The translations under genes were made by a program, and so were the position numbers. Positions 39,301 through 53,464 of a DNA stretch of 64,000 nucleotides are shown piece by piece. The stretch is from Catajapyx aquilonaris (lineage: Eukaryota): assembly GCA_000934665.2 (NCBI GenBank), contig JYFJ02001519.1, positions 1 to 64,000 of the forward strand, given 5' to 3'. The notes under the pieces are model-generated. The model saw only the letters and a program-made list of their open reading frames with translations. It was not told where the DNA came from and did not search any database. Position 1 is the stretch's first letter; the number at the start of each line of letters is the position of its first letter.

Positions 39301-42094
39301 GAACTGTGCGAAGATTTGTGAGACTTTTATATTTTTAATGGGGGACTTTTTTCCACTTGAAGCACCAGCTATAGTTCTTTGGAGTATTTCCTGTAAGAAC
39401 TCAAAAATATTAGTCAAATGTCGTGTTTAAAAACAATGGAAAAAGTGCTTAAAGAAATGGTTGGAGTGAATTGAGCTATGTAGGAGAGAATGATCTTTCA
39501 AGTGAATGAAAAGTGAAAAGGACCCAAATTGATCAGAAACCCAAATTTTTTAGAGAGCACATTATAATTTTGGTCAAAGTGCTTGTGCTATAGTAGCAGT
39601 AATATTCGCCCTTTTTCGTTGCCAACTGGAACATTTTTGCTGTCATGAATTTTACTGTGGTATAGCAATAACTAACCGGATGGTCCATTTTTTAAATGTG
39701 CTTCACGGCCTTGTTCGCGGCTTCACAAGCCTTCTCACTTACATATTTCAAGTGTAACGAGTTAACTATTAGGAACGTCCTCGTTTTTTACACTTAGAAA
39801 GCATTAAAGCTGGCCGCTCTTTTTCACAATGTTGTTGGATGTCAGCCAATCTCTGCCAGCTCATACCCAGGGTGGTCTATATACAGTTCAAGAAGGAGGA
39901 GAAGTTATGGATTGTTCACTGATTTCAATAAGTTGCTTCTATTTAAATGGGTTGATGGAACTAACAATATAAATTACTCCCCTTCCTGAAATTGCGCTTG
40001 TGCACCACCCTCTCATTATGTTTTTATAAATAGGCAAAACATGTTTTGAAGAACTTTGGGGACGGAAATAATAACTTGATATCGACAGAACGGTAGGCTT
40101 TTGCAAATTGTCGGGCGTATTTTGAGAGCAATTTGAACAGCTTTGCTCGGGGATCTGAGTTTGTGAAGATGCGCCTCATTGGCTTTCATAGCAGAAGGAT
40201 GACTTTGCTCAAGGTGCTTCTGGGTTCCGATTCTTCAGCTTCCTTGATGTCATTAGTTGTGAGAGGAAAGTTGGTTGTTAGCGGATTCGGTCGCATCACA
40301 CCAGAATCGGAAGGTGAAAAAGGAAACCTAATTATCACGGTGGCCACGACTTTAATGAGTCGGAACGAAACGTGACGCCGCCAGCTCTCTATTACAAAAA
40401 ACACCTGTAGAATATAAGCCGGTTAGATATGTTTTCGGGCTGCGGAACTTTTATCACCGGTACTTTAACTGCAGATGATCATAAGAGAGGTTCAGTCTCA
40501 GTGTCAGCTGTAATAAAGTACGATTAGAATAACAAGTATTAATTTTAAATTTCGGCATGGTTTTACAGTGTGACAAAAGAGTTTTAGGAAAATATATATC
40601 GGGGGTGTAATCTGCTGTAGCCTATCAGAGATGAGCTTTACAAGCCTGCTTGACAAGGTAGTCTTTTCTTCTGTAACAAAGGTAGAAGGATGTATTCACT
40701 CAGTAATTGGACCGTTTCAGTAGAGCCCTCACCTTTATGTAAAGGAGTACACCTCTTAGCATTGAATATGATTGCATAACTTTGGCCCCGTATTGCGAAA
40801 TATAGAAGCGCATTTTCGCATTGACCTTTGCTTCTTGCTGATTCTTTAGATAGAGGCTCGTAAATCGAGGGTTGATAATAGCGTATGGCGTCATCGGACA
40901 GATTTCCGTGCGAAACGTATAAGATATGCCGATTTTGCAACCAATAAACTACTAGAAATAGCCTTGCCCATTTTAAATCACATGCTGCGGACAGCATGCA
41001 CCTTGCGCGGTCACTGCGACCAATATGCTCATGCAAGCTGCATGGCCTGAATGGGCCCACTGCGATTGTCCAAATTATGGTTTTATTGGGTCGTAAATGA
41101 GTACGTTACCGTAACTTCCATGACGGATTGCTTTTGAGCTAAAGTTAAATAGCACTATCGAGAAATTATAAAAATTAGTAGCTGTTTGGAAACATTTATT
41201 ATGTGCATTACCTATTCCTGTCACTGATATTTTACTTTTTTAATTAAATCCTGAGTGTACAGTGTTTCAAACACTTTAATGCTACACAAACCGCTTTTGG
41301 TAACATTTGTGAGAATAGTATATTATGAACAAGGTTGTAAATATTTTAGTAAATTATTTCAAGGCTTTTGTTGTTTAATGCGTACCAAATCCAGTTTTTG
41401 TAATGTTGCTCATAGCTAGTGCAAACTAAATAATTGGTTGAAACAGCGTAGGATGCATCATTAGTAACAATTGATAATGAGCGAGATATATGAAAATTCA
41501 GATTCAGGTGCACTTCAGTGTTTGGAGCGAACGGCACTCTTTAAGATACTCTGCCACAGCTTCCCGTTTCTGCATCGTCCGTTATTGTTTCTCTAGTAGA
41601 ACTGGGTTAATAAGAAAACTTGCAACACACAAGTCCATGAATTTAAATTGCTCGACCCAATTCTGGATCATATTTGACCCACCATTTTACGCAATTTACT
41701 ATACGTGCAACATCGTCGCTGTTACTGAGCACTGCCTTATTTTTACTCTTGGTGTCCAAGTATTATTTTCTTTACGTCTATACGTCTTTACATCGATATC
41801 GGAGATATACGTACACAATCCAGATTGCCCACTTGCAGCAACGGATGTGTGTCCGTGTACATTGCATCAGTGAGTTCCAGGAAAGTATGGCAAATATTGT
41901 CTCAAAAAAATAGCCACAACGTACAGTATATGACTTTACGCTTCAAATATCACTAAGCCAATATGGACCAGCATACTGCGGAATCCTGTTACCACAAACT
42001 TCCAACAACTAGCAACGCTTTTAGCTGCCAAAAGTATTTTCTTACCTTCCAGCTGCGGTGTTTCCAAGGCAAGCTTCTCACATTCTTCACTCAT
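18320..42094 (-). CDS. Class B1 (secretin-family) peptide-hormone GPCR, CRF/DH44/PDF/calcitonin-receptor-like, 411 aa, 9 coding exons
   Basis: Exons: 42094-42046 (MSEECEKLALETPQLE), 28221-28111 (GVYCNVSWDNLACWPATLAGLTVKLPCP...), 24519-24434 (YAFRTCFASGEWQNKTDYGQC...), 23539-23442 (TM1), 20144-20015 (SLNCDRLRVHKNL, TM2), 19744-19588 (WMFVEGLFLH...IGW), 19483-19353 (GLP...PCW...), 18865-18780 (ANLIFMVNIIRIVVTKL) and 18707-18320 (RATLLLFPLLG, STQG, VFYCF, tail). All introns are GT-AG and phase-compatible, total 1236 nt. The six extracellular-domain cysteines and the canonical class B TM motifs are present. Confidence 0.93.
29791..29938. repeat. Compound (CAA)n/(TAA)n microsatellite plus about 3-4 copies of a 21-bp unit
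   Basis: caacaac.../aataat... followed by repeats of gcactaataataacaacaataata. It is the source of the poly-N ORF. Confidence 0.93.
32086..33248. mobile_element. Non-autonomous TTAA-flanked DNA transposon, Kolobok-like, 1163 bp
   Basis: TTAA-GGTGGATATGAAGCTA...TAGCTTCATATCCACC-TTAA: perfect 16-bp TIRs and a TTAA TSD. The GG..CC termini fit Kolobok better than piggyBac (CC..GG). No transposase ORF is present. Confidence 0.85.
34407..34604. mobile_element. Fold-back MITE, 198 bp, TA-flanked, with a 76-bp near-perfect hairpin
   Basis: TA-gggtgaagtgggggaagtgcac...gtgcacttcccccacttcaccc-TA. Arms 34421-34496 and 34498-34573 pair with one mismatch around a 1-nt centre at 34497. Confidence 0.92.
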
Positions 42095-45000
42095 TTTTTT
42101 TGGAGAGAAATCCCACTTTAACTTCACTCACTTGGAGGGAACTAACTTGAAGACAAGATGTTGGTATTCACTGCATGGAACTAGGGATTCTCCTTCCCGA
42201 ATTAAGGAAGTGGATTAACGCTGCTCTGCTTCGATCCTGGTGTTCGCCAGGTGCGATCAGGCTTCAAATTATTCCGCATGAGCGTCATTAAGATGGCCAG
42301 CCTGGAGCCCCTTTCGGCTTCTGGAGATCAACCTTCTGGAGTTAGGCGAAACACCTGGAAAATTTGTAACATCAGGGAGTTAGGTCGAGGCTCGTTTGCT
42401 GTATATACTAATCTAGTTGGGCAGACTTGGGGGGTGAATCCAGACTGAGGCCAATTAGCCGTCTGCGGTATGGTTGGATTCATCCCTTAGCTGCAAACTG
42501 CTGCGATATAATTATTTGCACATTTATGTCAATTACCTTTTGAGGTTCACTCGGTTGTGAAATTACACGTGACATATTTCGTGCTCAAAATGACATGTAT
42601 CGAGTGAATTGTGTTGAATGGGTGTGACAAAATTGGAGTAAATCCGTTCATTCGTGCAATGGTATTTTCTGCTCCACGTGTATGATTTGGCATCAGTTTG
42701 AATGATCCTGTGCAATACGTTTGAGAGCGAATCGATTCATTGGCTATGATTGTTAACCAGTTTGATGTTAGGCACATAATCCATAAATGGGGATTTTATT
42801 TAACATCATGTGGAATTATGAATATGTTTCAGGCCATGATTTTGACGATATTATATTAACGAATTTTTGCCACATTTATATGAAATTTTAATAATAATTT
42901 ATGTTATCTCTTTTAGGTGTGTACATCTGACAGTGAGACCAAACAACTGAGACAATAAGCAACTTCCTGGGAGGCAGTCAGAAGGTTAGAATGTCCGCAT
43001 GGTTTGTCAGGCAGATGATAAGAACCGGTGTGTCGGTGCAGAACGTCGGGTCATCCACCACTGTTGATATTACCGGCAAGGAAGCTGAGCAAACTCCCAC
43101 GAACACTATGCAATGTACAATGCCACGTCAGATTGTTCAGACTAGAATTAAGCTAATGTCCTTGCTTTAAAGTCATGTTAAAGTGGCTTGGAGGTCTAAT
43201 AATGTGATGGGCGGAATGAATGACAAACATTGATTTGAGGCGTTGTGGTCATCCGGATCACGTTTTACGGTTCCAGCTTTGAAGGAAGAGCAAGCCCTGA
43301 TTCGGATTTGTTTGTCGGCCAGCACTGCCGGGTACTGACGCGATTATACGAAAGCGTGATTACGGCCTTTGCATCCGATGCTGGGGCGGAATTCCGCACT
43401 TCACAAGTGTGGGTCGAAACTACTCCAGGCGAAGTTTTTGTTATTTCTATGGCGTATGTGGTGGGAAAGCTTGATTTTTTTTTGGGGGGGGGGGATTTTG
43501 GTCGATTCATATGATTATTGAGATTTCACATTGCTGATGTGTCACAATGGTTTACGTCGAATTGTCTGTTCTCTGATCTAGCTTAAACTTGCCGTGAATT
43601 AACTGTTCTTTACATCCTTATTAAGCCACAGACTTACCCGCACTTCGCAAGGATGACTTAATGTAATTATGGAGCAGGTAGGTAATTAATATAAGCTCGT
43701 GCATATTAATCGTGTGAATATTAGAGCATACTGCGTGCATGGTGGTTTCTTATTTTAGTCACATTTATCATATTGCCTCTAACGCTTGTACAGTATGAAT
43801 TTCCATGCATTTCGGAAGCACAGCTTCGTAGCTGATCAGTCAAAGATTTTAAACAGCTGTCAGATGTACATTAACAATGGCTCTCCTGAGTGCTAATGGG
43901 TTTGGAAAGGAACCAAGATGCCAGTGAAGAATAAACTTCAGCGAAACATCAGCAGCCTTCTTTCGTGTGGCGTGGAAAGTTGTGTAATACATCACCTTTT
44001 GCCTGTTAAAATAACTTATGTTCGTGTGTTCGTTGCCTATATCTACGGCCTTAAGGAATATACCGGCAAGTTCAAGGTACCATTTGTATTAATATCATTA
44101 TGCAAACAAGGCCACGCTAATTAATTTGTGGCCACTGTGGCGAAAGTATTTTGCAAGAACCAGGCACCACCACCTTTGGACCATTACCGTTCCTTTAATG
44201 ATGCAATTATTTTGCACCCATTATAAGTCGTACAGTATGCAGTACGTCGGATCATAAAGGATCATCAATAGGCCATATCTGATAATTACGGGTGAACCTA
44301 CAGTATCAGGTTATATTAAAAATTTGTCTCATGCATATATTACACAATTTATATTAATAAGTTTTAAATTGGCTTGTACCCTCATACGACCCAAATGTGA
44401 TTATTCCAACCTGAATTTTCAAAAAAAAAGTACAAATAAAAATGTACCTTCCATCACATTAACATTCAAGTCGTGCAACCTAGTCAGGGGAACGTTGCTA
44501 GGATTTTATTTTCCAGTTGTCGCACACAGAGAGCTTTGCACACCGTCGTCGCAGCAAACGTAACCTGAAAATAACATAACTTGCTAATTGCCTTTTCGCT
44601 CTTTTACTGGTCGTTAAGTCAGCCCCGAGATGGCAGTTGTAAAAAGAGTTCTTGTGGGAGATGAGCAGAAAATTCATCACGGACGTAAAAACGGAGCACT
44701 TTTTGAAGGGAAAAAAAGGACATGTGTGAAAATGGCCTTCTGGGTTTTGGTGATATCTGGAATGGATCCGCACCCACAGACATGTATCACAGCTTACTTT
44801 TTATCGGCGGACTCGAGGGAGTAAAATTGAATCCAGTTAGCTGTAGACAGCGTATGTCAGCTGTTACAGCCCGATAATTCGAAGCTGGAGGATCTGACGC
44901 CTCCGCCAACGAGTTTTATAGATTGAAGAAGGATCATAATATAGGCTTGAAAGGCTTGAAATAAGTAGGAGACGAGATAGGTGAATCAACAACACTGAAA

Positions 45001-47777
45001 TGTTAGAGTGAATAACTGAAAGGTACCATTAAATGTACATGGTGTTTGATGAGGATTCAGGTCAATTGATTTGTCATGTTCTGCAGGACGGCATCGTATC
45101 TCTCAAACGTGTAACAAAAGAAACTTTGGTAAAAATTTCAGGGTACACCGTCCACTCGTGTTCTCACATTTTATTGACTTTGTCCTCTTCTAGGGTTCAG
45201 TGGGTTGGACTGACACGTTTGTGAATAATTAGCTTGCACGCAAGCGGAGACTTTCGAGGGCTGTTTTAAGTTGATAAAGGTAATCACTAATTAAGCGGTG
45301 TCTTTGATGTACAGCAGAAGGGCATACGGAGCTCGAATGCTCCTTTGCGGAATTATTGGCAAGCAGCAAAAAGTTTTTATTTTCGGCTGTCGCGTTTAAT
45401 ATGACCATGCTACATCAGTATAGTCCAGTAAAATACGAGTGGGCATTTATCAGCTGAACTGCTGTACTTCAGAATTAGTTGGTTTTGTTTTATTATTATG
45501 GTGCCACTTCGATGTAATTTGCATTATTATTACCACGGAAAGAAGTATTACAGCCCATAAGTTTTATGGGCTCCAATACTCTCGGTAGCCCATGAGAGTC
45601 GCTATTTTTACGCGCAACAATATTGATCCCATGTTTTACAATTATTTTGAGATGACAAGTTCATTTCAATGTGCTGTCTAATGTTGTTATATTTTCATTA
45701 ATCAGTGACAAGTTATAATGTGTAATATTTTCAGGTATCCTTAATTGAAGCTCTGCACTACAGGGCAAAGCAGGCTCGTTAAGAAATGCGGTTCTCCTTA
45801 CTGACTCTAATTATAACGTAATTGAAATGCTATTTGTCTCATGGCGAACCACTTCATAAGCAAGTTAACCACTCTCATTTATAACAGGGTGGTAATCAGA
45901 TTAGAGGATGGCAGGCTTGCGGTAAACATAAATATCTCCAAGTAATGAAACAATCTGCCTTGTTTAACACTCCACACTTTTTCACTGCCTGATGTGCCAT
46001 TTTTTGATGCTCTTGAATTGAAATTACGAACTGCTTACGTCACAAATTCTGAACTCTTTATCAGCGTAAAAAATGAAACAGATGGCAAGCTTAATGAGTA
46101 CAAGCACTTTATCGGGTATACATACTGTATGGAGCTCGACTGTTAATTAAACCCTTCATATGACAGTTTCATGCAATTCGTCAACTTCTGCGATCTGTCA
46201 GGTATTGTGTTGCGTCTTCATAGCAACTGCAGACTTATTGCACTGTACATTTTTATATCCGTACCTGTTAGGACTTGTGCCATCAAAGTGACGCAGGCCT
46301 GCTCGTGAATTGAGAGGCTTTTTGGAAGGTGACAGATGTTGGGCTCAGGTGATTGAAAATCATGTAGGTAGTTAATGCACTGAAGAGTATCCTGGTATCG
46401 ATCATGGAGTCTGCTCCGTCAAAAATAGCGGAGAGGAAGAGCGGTGTTCGACTCAGCAAAAATAGCCCTGACTTGAGAGATTGGTTCGGCATTTTTTTTT
46501 CGCTAGATTTATATCCTAGCCTCAAGTGGTAGCATGTCTGCAATTTTTAATTAAGCTGTAGAAACGTCGATTGGGATGAATGAAATTCTTTGATGACACC
46601 ACGTTTTTTGGATTCTTAGCCTGAAGGGTAAGAAGCGCTCGGATACAAAGTGGAACACTGGATGGTTAAATCAGAAATTTTTAAATAATATTTTGTGATA
46701 AATATTTTTGTAGGCTACAGCACATCTGCTATACCTCAAATTGTTTGTTTTTAAGTGTCCATAACACGGTAGCGTAACAGCAGCAAACTTTTTTTTTTTT
46801 GACGACCATTGGTAACTCTCACAGCATTGTAGTTGGGTTCGATTTGTTCGGATACTTGCTCTGGAAAAGTTGATCGTAAAATCTCCGGAACATAGCGCCA
46901 TATAAAAAAACGCATTGATAGAAATCTAGTTTGTTCCCTGATTTAATACCAGCCGTGGAATTTTTGCGCGGACCACTAAAAATACTGTTCGGTAAAGCTC
47001 ACTGTGTCATTTTTCTTCCGTCGTTTGTTGTCGGGAGTACGCGACCTTCGAAAGTGAGCAAGAGCATGAAAAATTGCGGTTACGTGGAAGCATGACGAGT
47101 ACAAATACCGTTATAGTGCTCGGAATTGAACCGCGAAAAAAAAAATTGTATGATAGAAAGTAACATCAAAGCTGTGTTATTTGGGCCAGTTAAAGAATGC
47201 GACTACAGACACGGACGCTATGTTTGCGAGTGGTATAGGCTTTAAAAAATACGTCAATATTTACGTTGCCTGAGTGCCTTGTAGAGAGTGGTATATGGCT
47301 CAAAGTGTACGGTTCAAGAGGTCTGCAGGTTCACTCCTACAACTATAGCTGGACGCAACTTTTCCTGTAAATACACTTGGAGTCAAGGTGAAGTAACAAT
47401 CATAATTATGATGATCTGCTGTTGTTGGACATTGTTGTCATAAATTTTGCAACGACTGTACGACCTGTAAGCCTACTGACGTCATCAGATCCGATTGTAG
47501 GACTCAACACCTGGATTCGACAAGAAATGTTAACATCCCTGCCGCATGATGCAGTATGAAAAATAATTGCCATTTAATTCTGTAGTTAATTTACATTATG
47601 GAGGCCTGATTTCCCTACTCTACAATGTGAGCATTACAGATGGCAGTTACTATAGGTTATCGCAGTGGCTGCGGATGATCCGTGGCAAAAAGTGTTTAAC
47701 TTGTGGGCTGGTGTATATGCCATAAAATTATCAAGGATATGATGCAGCTATTAGAGGCCTGCGGAGAGTGATATGGT

Positions 47778-47834
47778 TGGTAGTCATGTGATTAGCATCT
47801 TGGTTTCGTACGCGAAGGTGCCGAGTTCAAATTC
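47778..47834 (+). mobile_element. Possible degenerate tRNA-derived SINE head
   Basis: A-box-like tggtagtcatgtga and B-box-like gagttcaaattc at tRNA-like spacing. No cloverleaf could be folded. Confidence 0.3.
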
Positions 47835-50800
47835 AATGATGAGGGCTTCATTATTTTATCGGATTGGATACAGTAGTAGGGCTGCTGGGTCTATTATTCA
47901 GAATTCAATTTCGAAGTGCGGATCAAATTATCGGATTATATTGTTAGGGGGGGGGGGGGGGTTGGGAATTTCGAGAGCCTGCCGAGGCGTAGCGTATTTA
48001 ATATCCAGCTTTATAACCGGTTTTTATTATTAAGTGGAGCTTGGAGAGATTCTGAGATTATGGAATGTGATGAAACCGAGAGTGACACTTTCATTTCATA
48101 ATCTGTCATAACTGCTCTGGCGTATCTAATTCGAAATTTATTGCCACCTGGCACGTGCCCTCTTTGTGTACAAAATACAGTGTATGAAAAATAAAATAAT
48201 AGATTCCTGAGAGTAATAGTCTCACTGTACCGTCTATTGCTCTGACCTTGATCTACTGTATGTACAGATAATTTCGGATTTGAAATTTTTCGTGCTTTAA
48301 ATTGTCAATAATATTGCAAGTCAAAGTTATTTAGCTTATATTTCAACGCGAATTAATGCAATGGTGCGTGATCGATGGTAAACCTCGACAAAGTGGTTGA
48401 CACTTGTTATTAATTGTTCAGAATATTGTTACCAACCATGCAAAACAAGGATCAACCACGCACTTGTTCCGGATTAACTATCGATCACTCACCCCTACCT
48501 AAAGGACAATATCCGATTAGGTTACGTGTTTCAAATTATTTTTCTTCATTTAGCTTGATGCCTAAGAATTCCCGGTAACTTTTAGAGAGGTTAAAATTCC
48601 GATCTTTCTTAACTTTTCACATATGGCGTAGTTTATTATTGCTAGCTGTCCAAAAATAATCCGAACTGGCAAGTTCTACGTACTGTACTGTACCATGCAG
48701 TTATAGTGTTATTGAACTCACATTCCTGTAAGCTGTTCCGAAAAAAACCGCACCTGTATTATTTTATGAGCCTATAAAGCACAGACTGAGTTGTAAAATT
48801 CTGTAAACCTAGCGGCTACGTTTCACTTCATTCATACATTTAACTATGGTATTTACACACATAACTTGCATATTAATCGTCTACCAATACGAAGTACATG
48901 ATACTAAAAAAAAGTGCCAGGGTAGCTCCAAACATTCCGTGCTGACGTCAGTGAAAAGTGTATCGACATCATTACCACCAGGACTAGAGTATGGCAAACC
49001 CCAGCTCTTGGGGGGTCCAGCCTGATTACCAGAATTTTGTTACGAGGCTTGTATGGCGAACAATATCCACACTGACGAGGTTCCAAATCTGCTAGTATCG
49101 ATTCTAAAAGATAGAGGAAAAAAATCCGGTTATCCTTTCATTCTTTTAGGGGGGGGGGGGGGGTTGTGNGTGTTTGAAATGGAGGCTCTCTCTCTGTCGC
49201 TTCTAGAGAAACGGATAGCGACAGAGGACCTGAACCAGATTTGTCCATGTTACTTGAATTGATCGTCTAGAGATCCGAGCAAATAGATTTCGTGTGGAAA
49301 TATATTTGAAATGAGTTATTCACTTAGTGCCGAGCAGGTTTATATATCAAAGAGATGTTCCAGAATTGTATTGTGTCGGAATAATTTCGGCATCTGCACG
49401 AATTATAATGCCAATAATTTGCCTAACTTGAAGGAAAAGTGGCAGTGAAGAATATTGAGCAAGATTTTATGTTTTTTCCGATATTCACCATCCGGTAGCT
49501 GAATTCTAATATTGGTTTTCGTTTTTATATATTAGAAAAACCATACATGTCCGTGACTTTCTTTAGCATAGCAATGTGCAAGTGGACTGGAAAAATTGTA
49601 AAAATTAATGTCATCATACTTCAGTCATCTTCATTCATTCCGAATTAATATGTCAACTTTTTCGCCAGTTGTTTGCTCTAATGAGCAGTGCAGAAGCAAA
49701 CGGTCAAAATTATTGGACTAATGACAATACGAGACTGCTGCCCTGTAATCGGATGATTGCACTTTCATTTTGTCCGTGTTTGAATTGTTGTATGAATTTA
49801 TCTAGTATTGAAGCAACAGTATTTCCCTATACTGACCAGACGATTTATTCAGACCTCATTCATCTTCTTTTTTAAGTGCGTGTACCAATGGCGAAATGAA
49901 CATAGCTTGATCTTCTATGGACATCAGTCATTAATCTCATTATCATGAGAATAAAAAGGAAAACTGTCCAGCTTATCCCCCACACCCTGCAGAAGATCAA
50001 AGAAACTGAGCACAAAAGCTTCAGAAACTTCGAACACTTACAGATTTTTTTCTCTCTGGACGTGTCCTGGACTATTAATATCGTCGTGATTGATAAGGCA
50101 CATTTTGCCTGACAATTTACATTTAGCGGTAAATCATCCAGCTATAAAATGGGTGGATTGGCATGACGATGCTGCGAAACGCCCTGCAATTCGGTGCTGG
50201 GCTCTCACATGAAAGGTTGCCAAAGGCCAAGCGCCGCAGGAAAAGGACCTGCATTTTTCATCCGATTTTGGCAACGCCCACAATCTCAACACTCGATACA
50301 CATACCACCCCTTGTTGTGTTCCGGTCTGCGAAAATTAAATGTTTTATTTATAAATTCGAGCTTGCACCGCTGCACCCAAGTTGAAATTAATGACCAAAT
50401 TGCTGGGCATGATGGTTTTTTTAACGGAAATGTAATAAAAAAAATTGCATTTTTTTTCTTGGTGTTGCATTAGTTTTACTAATAGTTTGTACAATAGCAG
50501 CATGTTGCTTTGAACTGTACAGTATTCTGCGAGTAATATCTAATTTAGGCATTCCCATGATGGACACATCTGACTCATAGTGCGCATATTTTTGGGAGTA
50601 CAGTGCAACTCGTAAACCTAATTTTAGTCCCAGTGGCTGTCGATTTACATTTGCAGGATGATATTACTCCAGTTATTTATTTTTCGCGTATAATCACACG
50701 GGCTTTTTGTTGTTTGCTGCTTTACAGTAACTTATATTACATTGATGAAATGATGAAATGATGAAATGAAATTCCCGCATTGTTGTTAAAAGTCGACAAA

Positions 50801-53464
50801 CTGAGATTACCATTAGCGAACCTCACACTGCACTTAAATTTGCAGTGGTCTACATCTGAACAATAGCTTGTTTCATTAATTGCGTAATCACTCTGAAAAT
50901 ATCATCACGCCACGGAAGCAATATATTTGCAGGCAACTGCAAAGCAAGATAAGGCATGTAATTGTTGTGCCCGAAATGTTTTGCCCACTTTAAGTTAGTT
51001 TACTGGATGAAACAGACCAGATAACGCCTCAAAAGAAATTTTCAAAAAAACAAACTTGCTGTTCACATACCTTTCACAAATGAGAAATTCCTCTCGGGGA
51101 CCTAAAATCCTTAACTACTCTGGCCAATTTCAAGAGAGGGTTACACACTGCACAAGCGAACTATCCGGAGGCTTTGGGCTTTATGGGCGGAATCCAGCTG
51201 AAGAAGTGTAGAGTAGGGGGGCGGGATAAATGGAACATGCGCGATGATGAATCTTGGTGTCTGCTGCCAGCAGCTATCGAGACGGCTGCTGGCACGGAAG
51301 GTCACAAGTGGGCACTGGAGGTCAATATAGTGGACGCACGTTTGACCGAGTTGATAAGTGTTGAGTGAGGCGGCATGTTCATAAAAATGTGTCAGGAGCA
51401 GTGGCGATAGGCCTTAACTATTAATAAAACAATGTTTGCTCAGTCTGATGAATTGAAGGAAAAAATTGTGTTTTGAATGTACTTTAAGCAGCAAAAGGGC
51501 TTACATAATGAGAGACCTGGCTAGTTTATAGCCTGGACTGTACGGTTTTGTGCAAGAGATGGGAGCGTCAGGACCTCTAGGGAAAAGCAGATTCTATTCA
51601 CAATTTCGGAAACAGCAAACACTAGTGGTTAGAAACTAAGAGGATGCCTGGGCACCGCTGTTTTTGTTGTACTACAGCTTTTAGAAATGCTGAAACAATA
51701 GTTAGAGCAATGTCTTAAGGGAATTGATAGTCATGCTTGAACATGTATTTTCACTTTAATAATGCTGATGCATGTTTTACAGTCTTAACAATCTCATTCA
51801 GCTTAGCCTGCTCGTAGTTTGTCAAGAGGAAGAGAAGGAGGGAATGCCAATTTAACTAATGTGAACATACACTTACAAGGCTTAATTGGGAAGAGTTTTG
51901 CTTGTTAGAGACAAGAAGTTTTAAATCTAAGCAGGTGACGTTGTACTTGGATGTCATTATCAGGCTAAGTGTACCGAAAGGACTAGGACACTTTTTAAAG
52001 AACATCTTGTGCCCATTTTCATGCCCATTTTTCTGAAATTTTTGGTGTTATTTACTTAGCATCCTAGAAGAAGTAATGGGTAGGGAGCATGACAGGAAAA
52101 AGTTTGGTATAGAAGGTAATCGGTTATTTTTTGTGCCACAATGTCTATTGTGATACCTACAACAATGACAGCGAGTATGTCGGGTTGATCCCGACATGTA
52201 CGTAGGTTACATGCGCATGGACGACTGGAGAGACTAATCCGTCACATTTTAAATTGTAGGCGCCAACCTCTTTTGAATCGGAAGGACCAAAAGCAAGAGG
52301 GTTATGGTTCAAGACATGTATACACGACCTACGGCTGCTGAGGTTGACTGTCCTAAAGATTTATGGCAACTGATATTCATGTGTCTATTCTATTTTGTGG
52401 AGCGAACAGAAAGTAGCTGGCGGGGCGTGAAAAAAGCAAGAAGCTGCGACATTTTATTTTTGTTGCTCTTGGCGTCGAGCGCTGTCGTATACTTATTTAT
52501 CAAACTGTGCCCGCATCGACCTGTTCAGTCTACTCAAACGCTCGTTCATGACACTATTGTAGTGATCTCAACAGTTGAAATGAGTTTTCTTTCATGGGTT
52601 TCATGTATTAGAGCGACCATTTAAAAATGTTTTGCAAAATGAAGTTAAATCAGTTAGCATATCACGTACACAGAAAGCTCATATTCTATGCGAGAAAATA
52701 ATTGAATCACGGGCTAGATTATATTAGAGAAGTGCTGCTCTGTTGGAGCGATCGTTCATTACACCCTCATTGAACATGCGGGCGGGATGAACTAATGAAT
52801 GGCACACTTGTGATGGAACCTTTCCTGGATTTATTGTTTCAATATACAAGCGTCATTGTGGTATGTTTAAAAAAAATGCCCGCAGATCAGATTTAATCGG
52901 AATCGTGTTATCGGGGTTTGAGGATTATGGTATCTCGATATGTGTTCCGCCATAAAGAAACCCGATGGAATCTAGACCATAATGGTACGTGTCATGCAGT
53001 ATAATTACGGGGGGAGTTTTAAATGAAAAGCCACCAGCTTGATAAATTGCTCCTCACGTTGACAAAAGTGTCGCCCACACTTTTGGGGAAGCGACTGCCG
53101 GCTCTTCAATTGAAAAAATTTCCGCTTTGATAATTAGTTCCGGAATTATGGTTTCATATAATTCGAAGTCTATTGTCATGATCAGATTCATTATCCTAAT
53201 TTAAAATCGGCGAGAAAAATCTTTAGTGGGATGATGCAGCCTACCATTTTATGATGCCTTTTTAGATTTTACAATATGGGTAATCTTTTCTGGAGGCATG
53301 AATTTATACCTGTGAAATGTGGTACGTGATATTATCAGACCTTCCGAATTTAATTTTAGTTAACGGTTTAAGTAGACCTAATTAACTATTGTGCAGAGTT
53401 TAAAGATGTAGCCAGGGTGTTAGGCCTATATTTAAACAGAAGCAAATTTAACTATGAATAATAA

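Noticed and set aside
47275..47345. tRNA-like B-box (ggttcactcc)
   Set aside because: No cloverleaf can be folded; at best a decayed SINE fragment.
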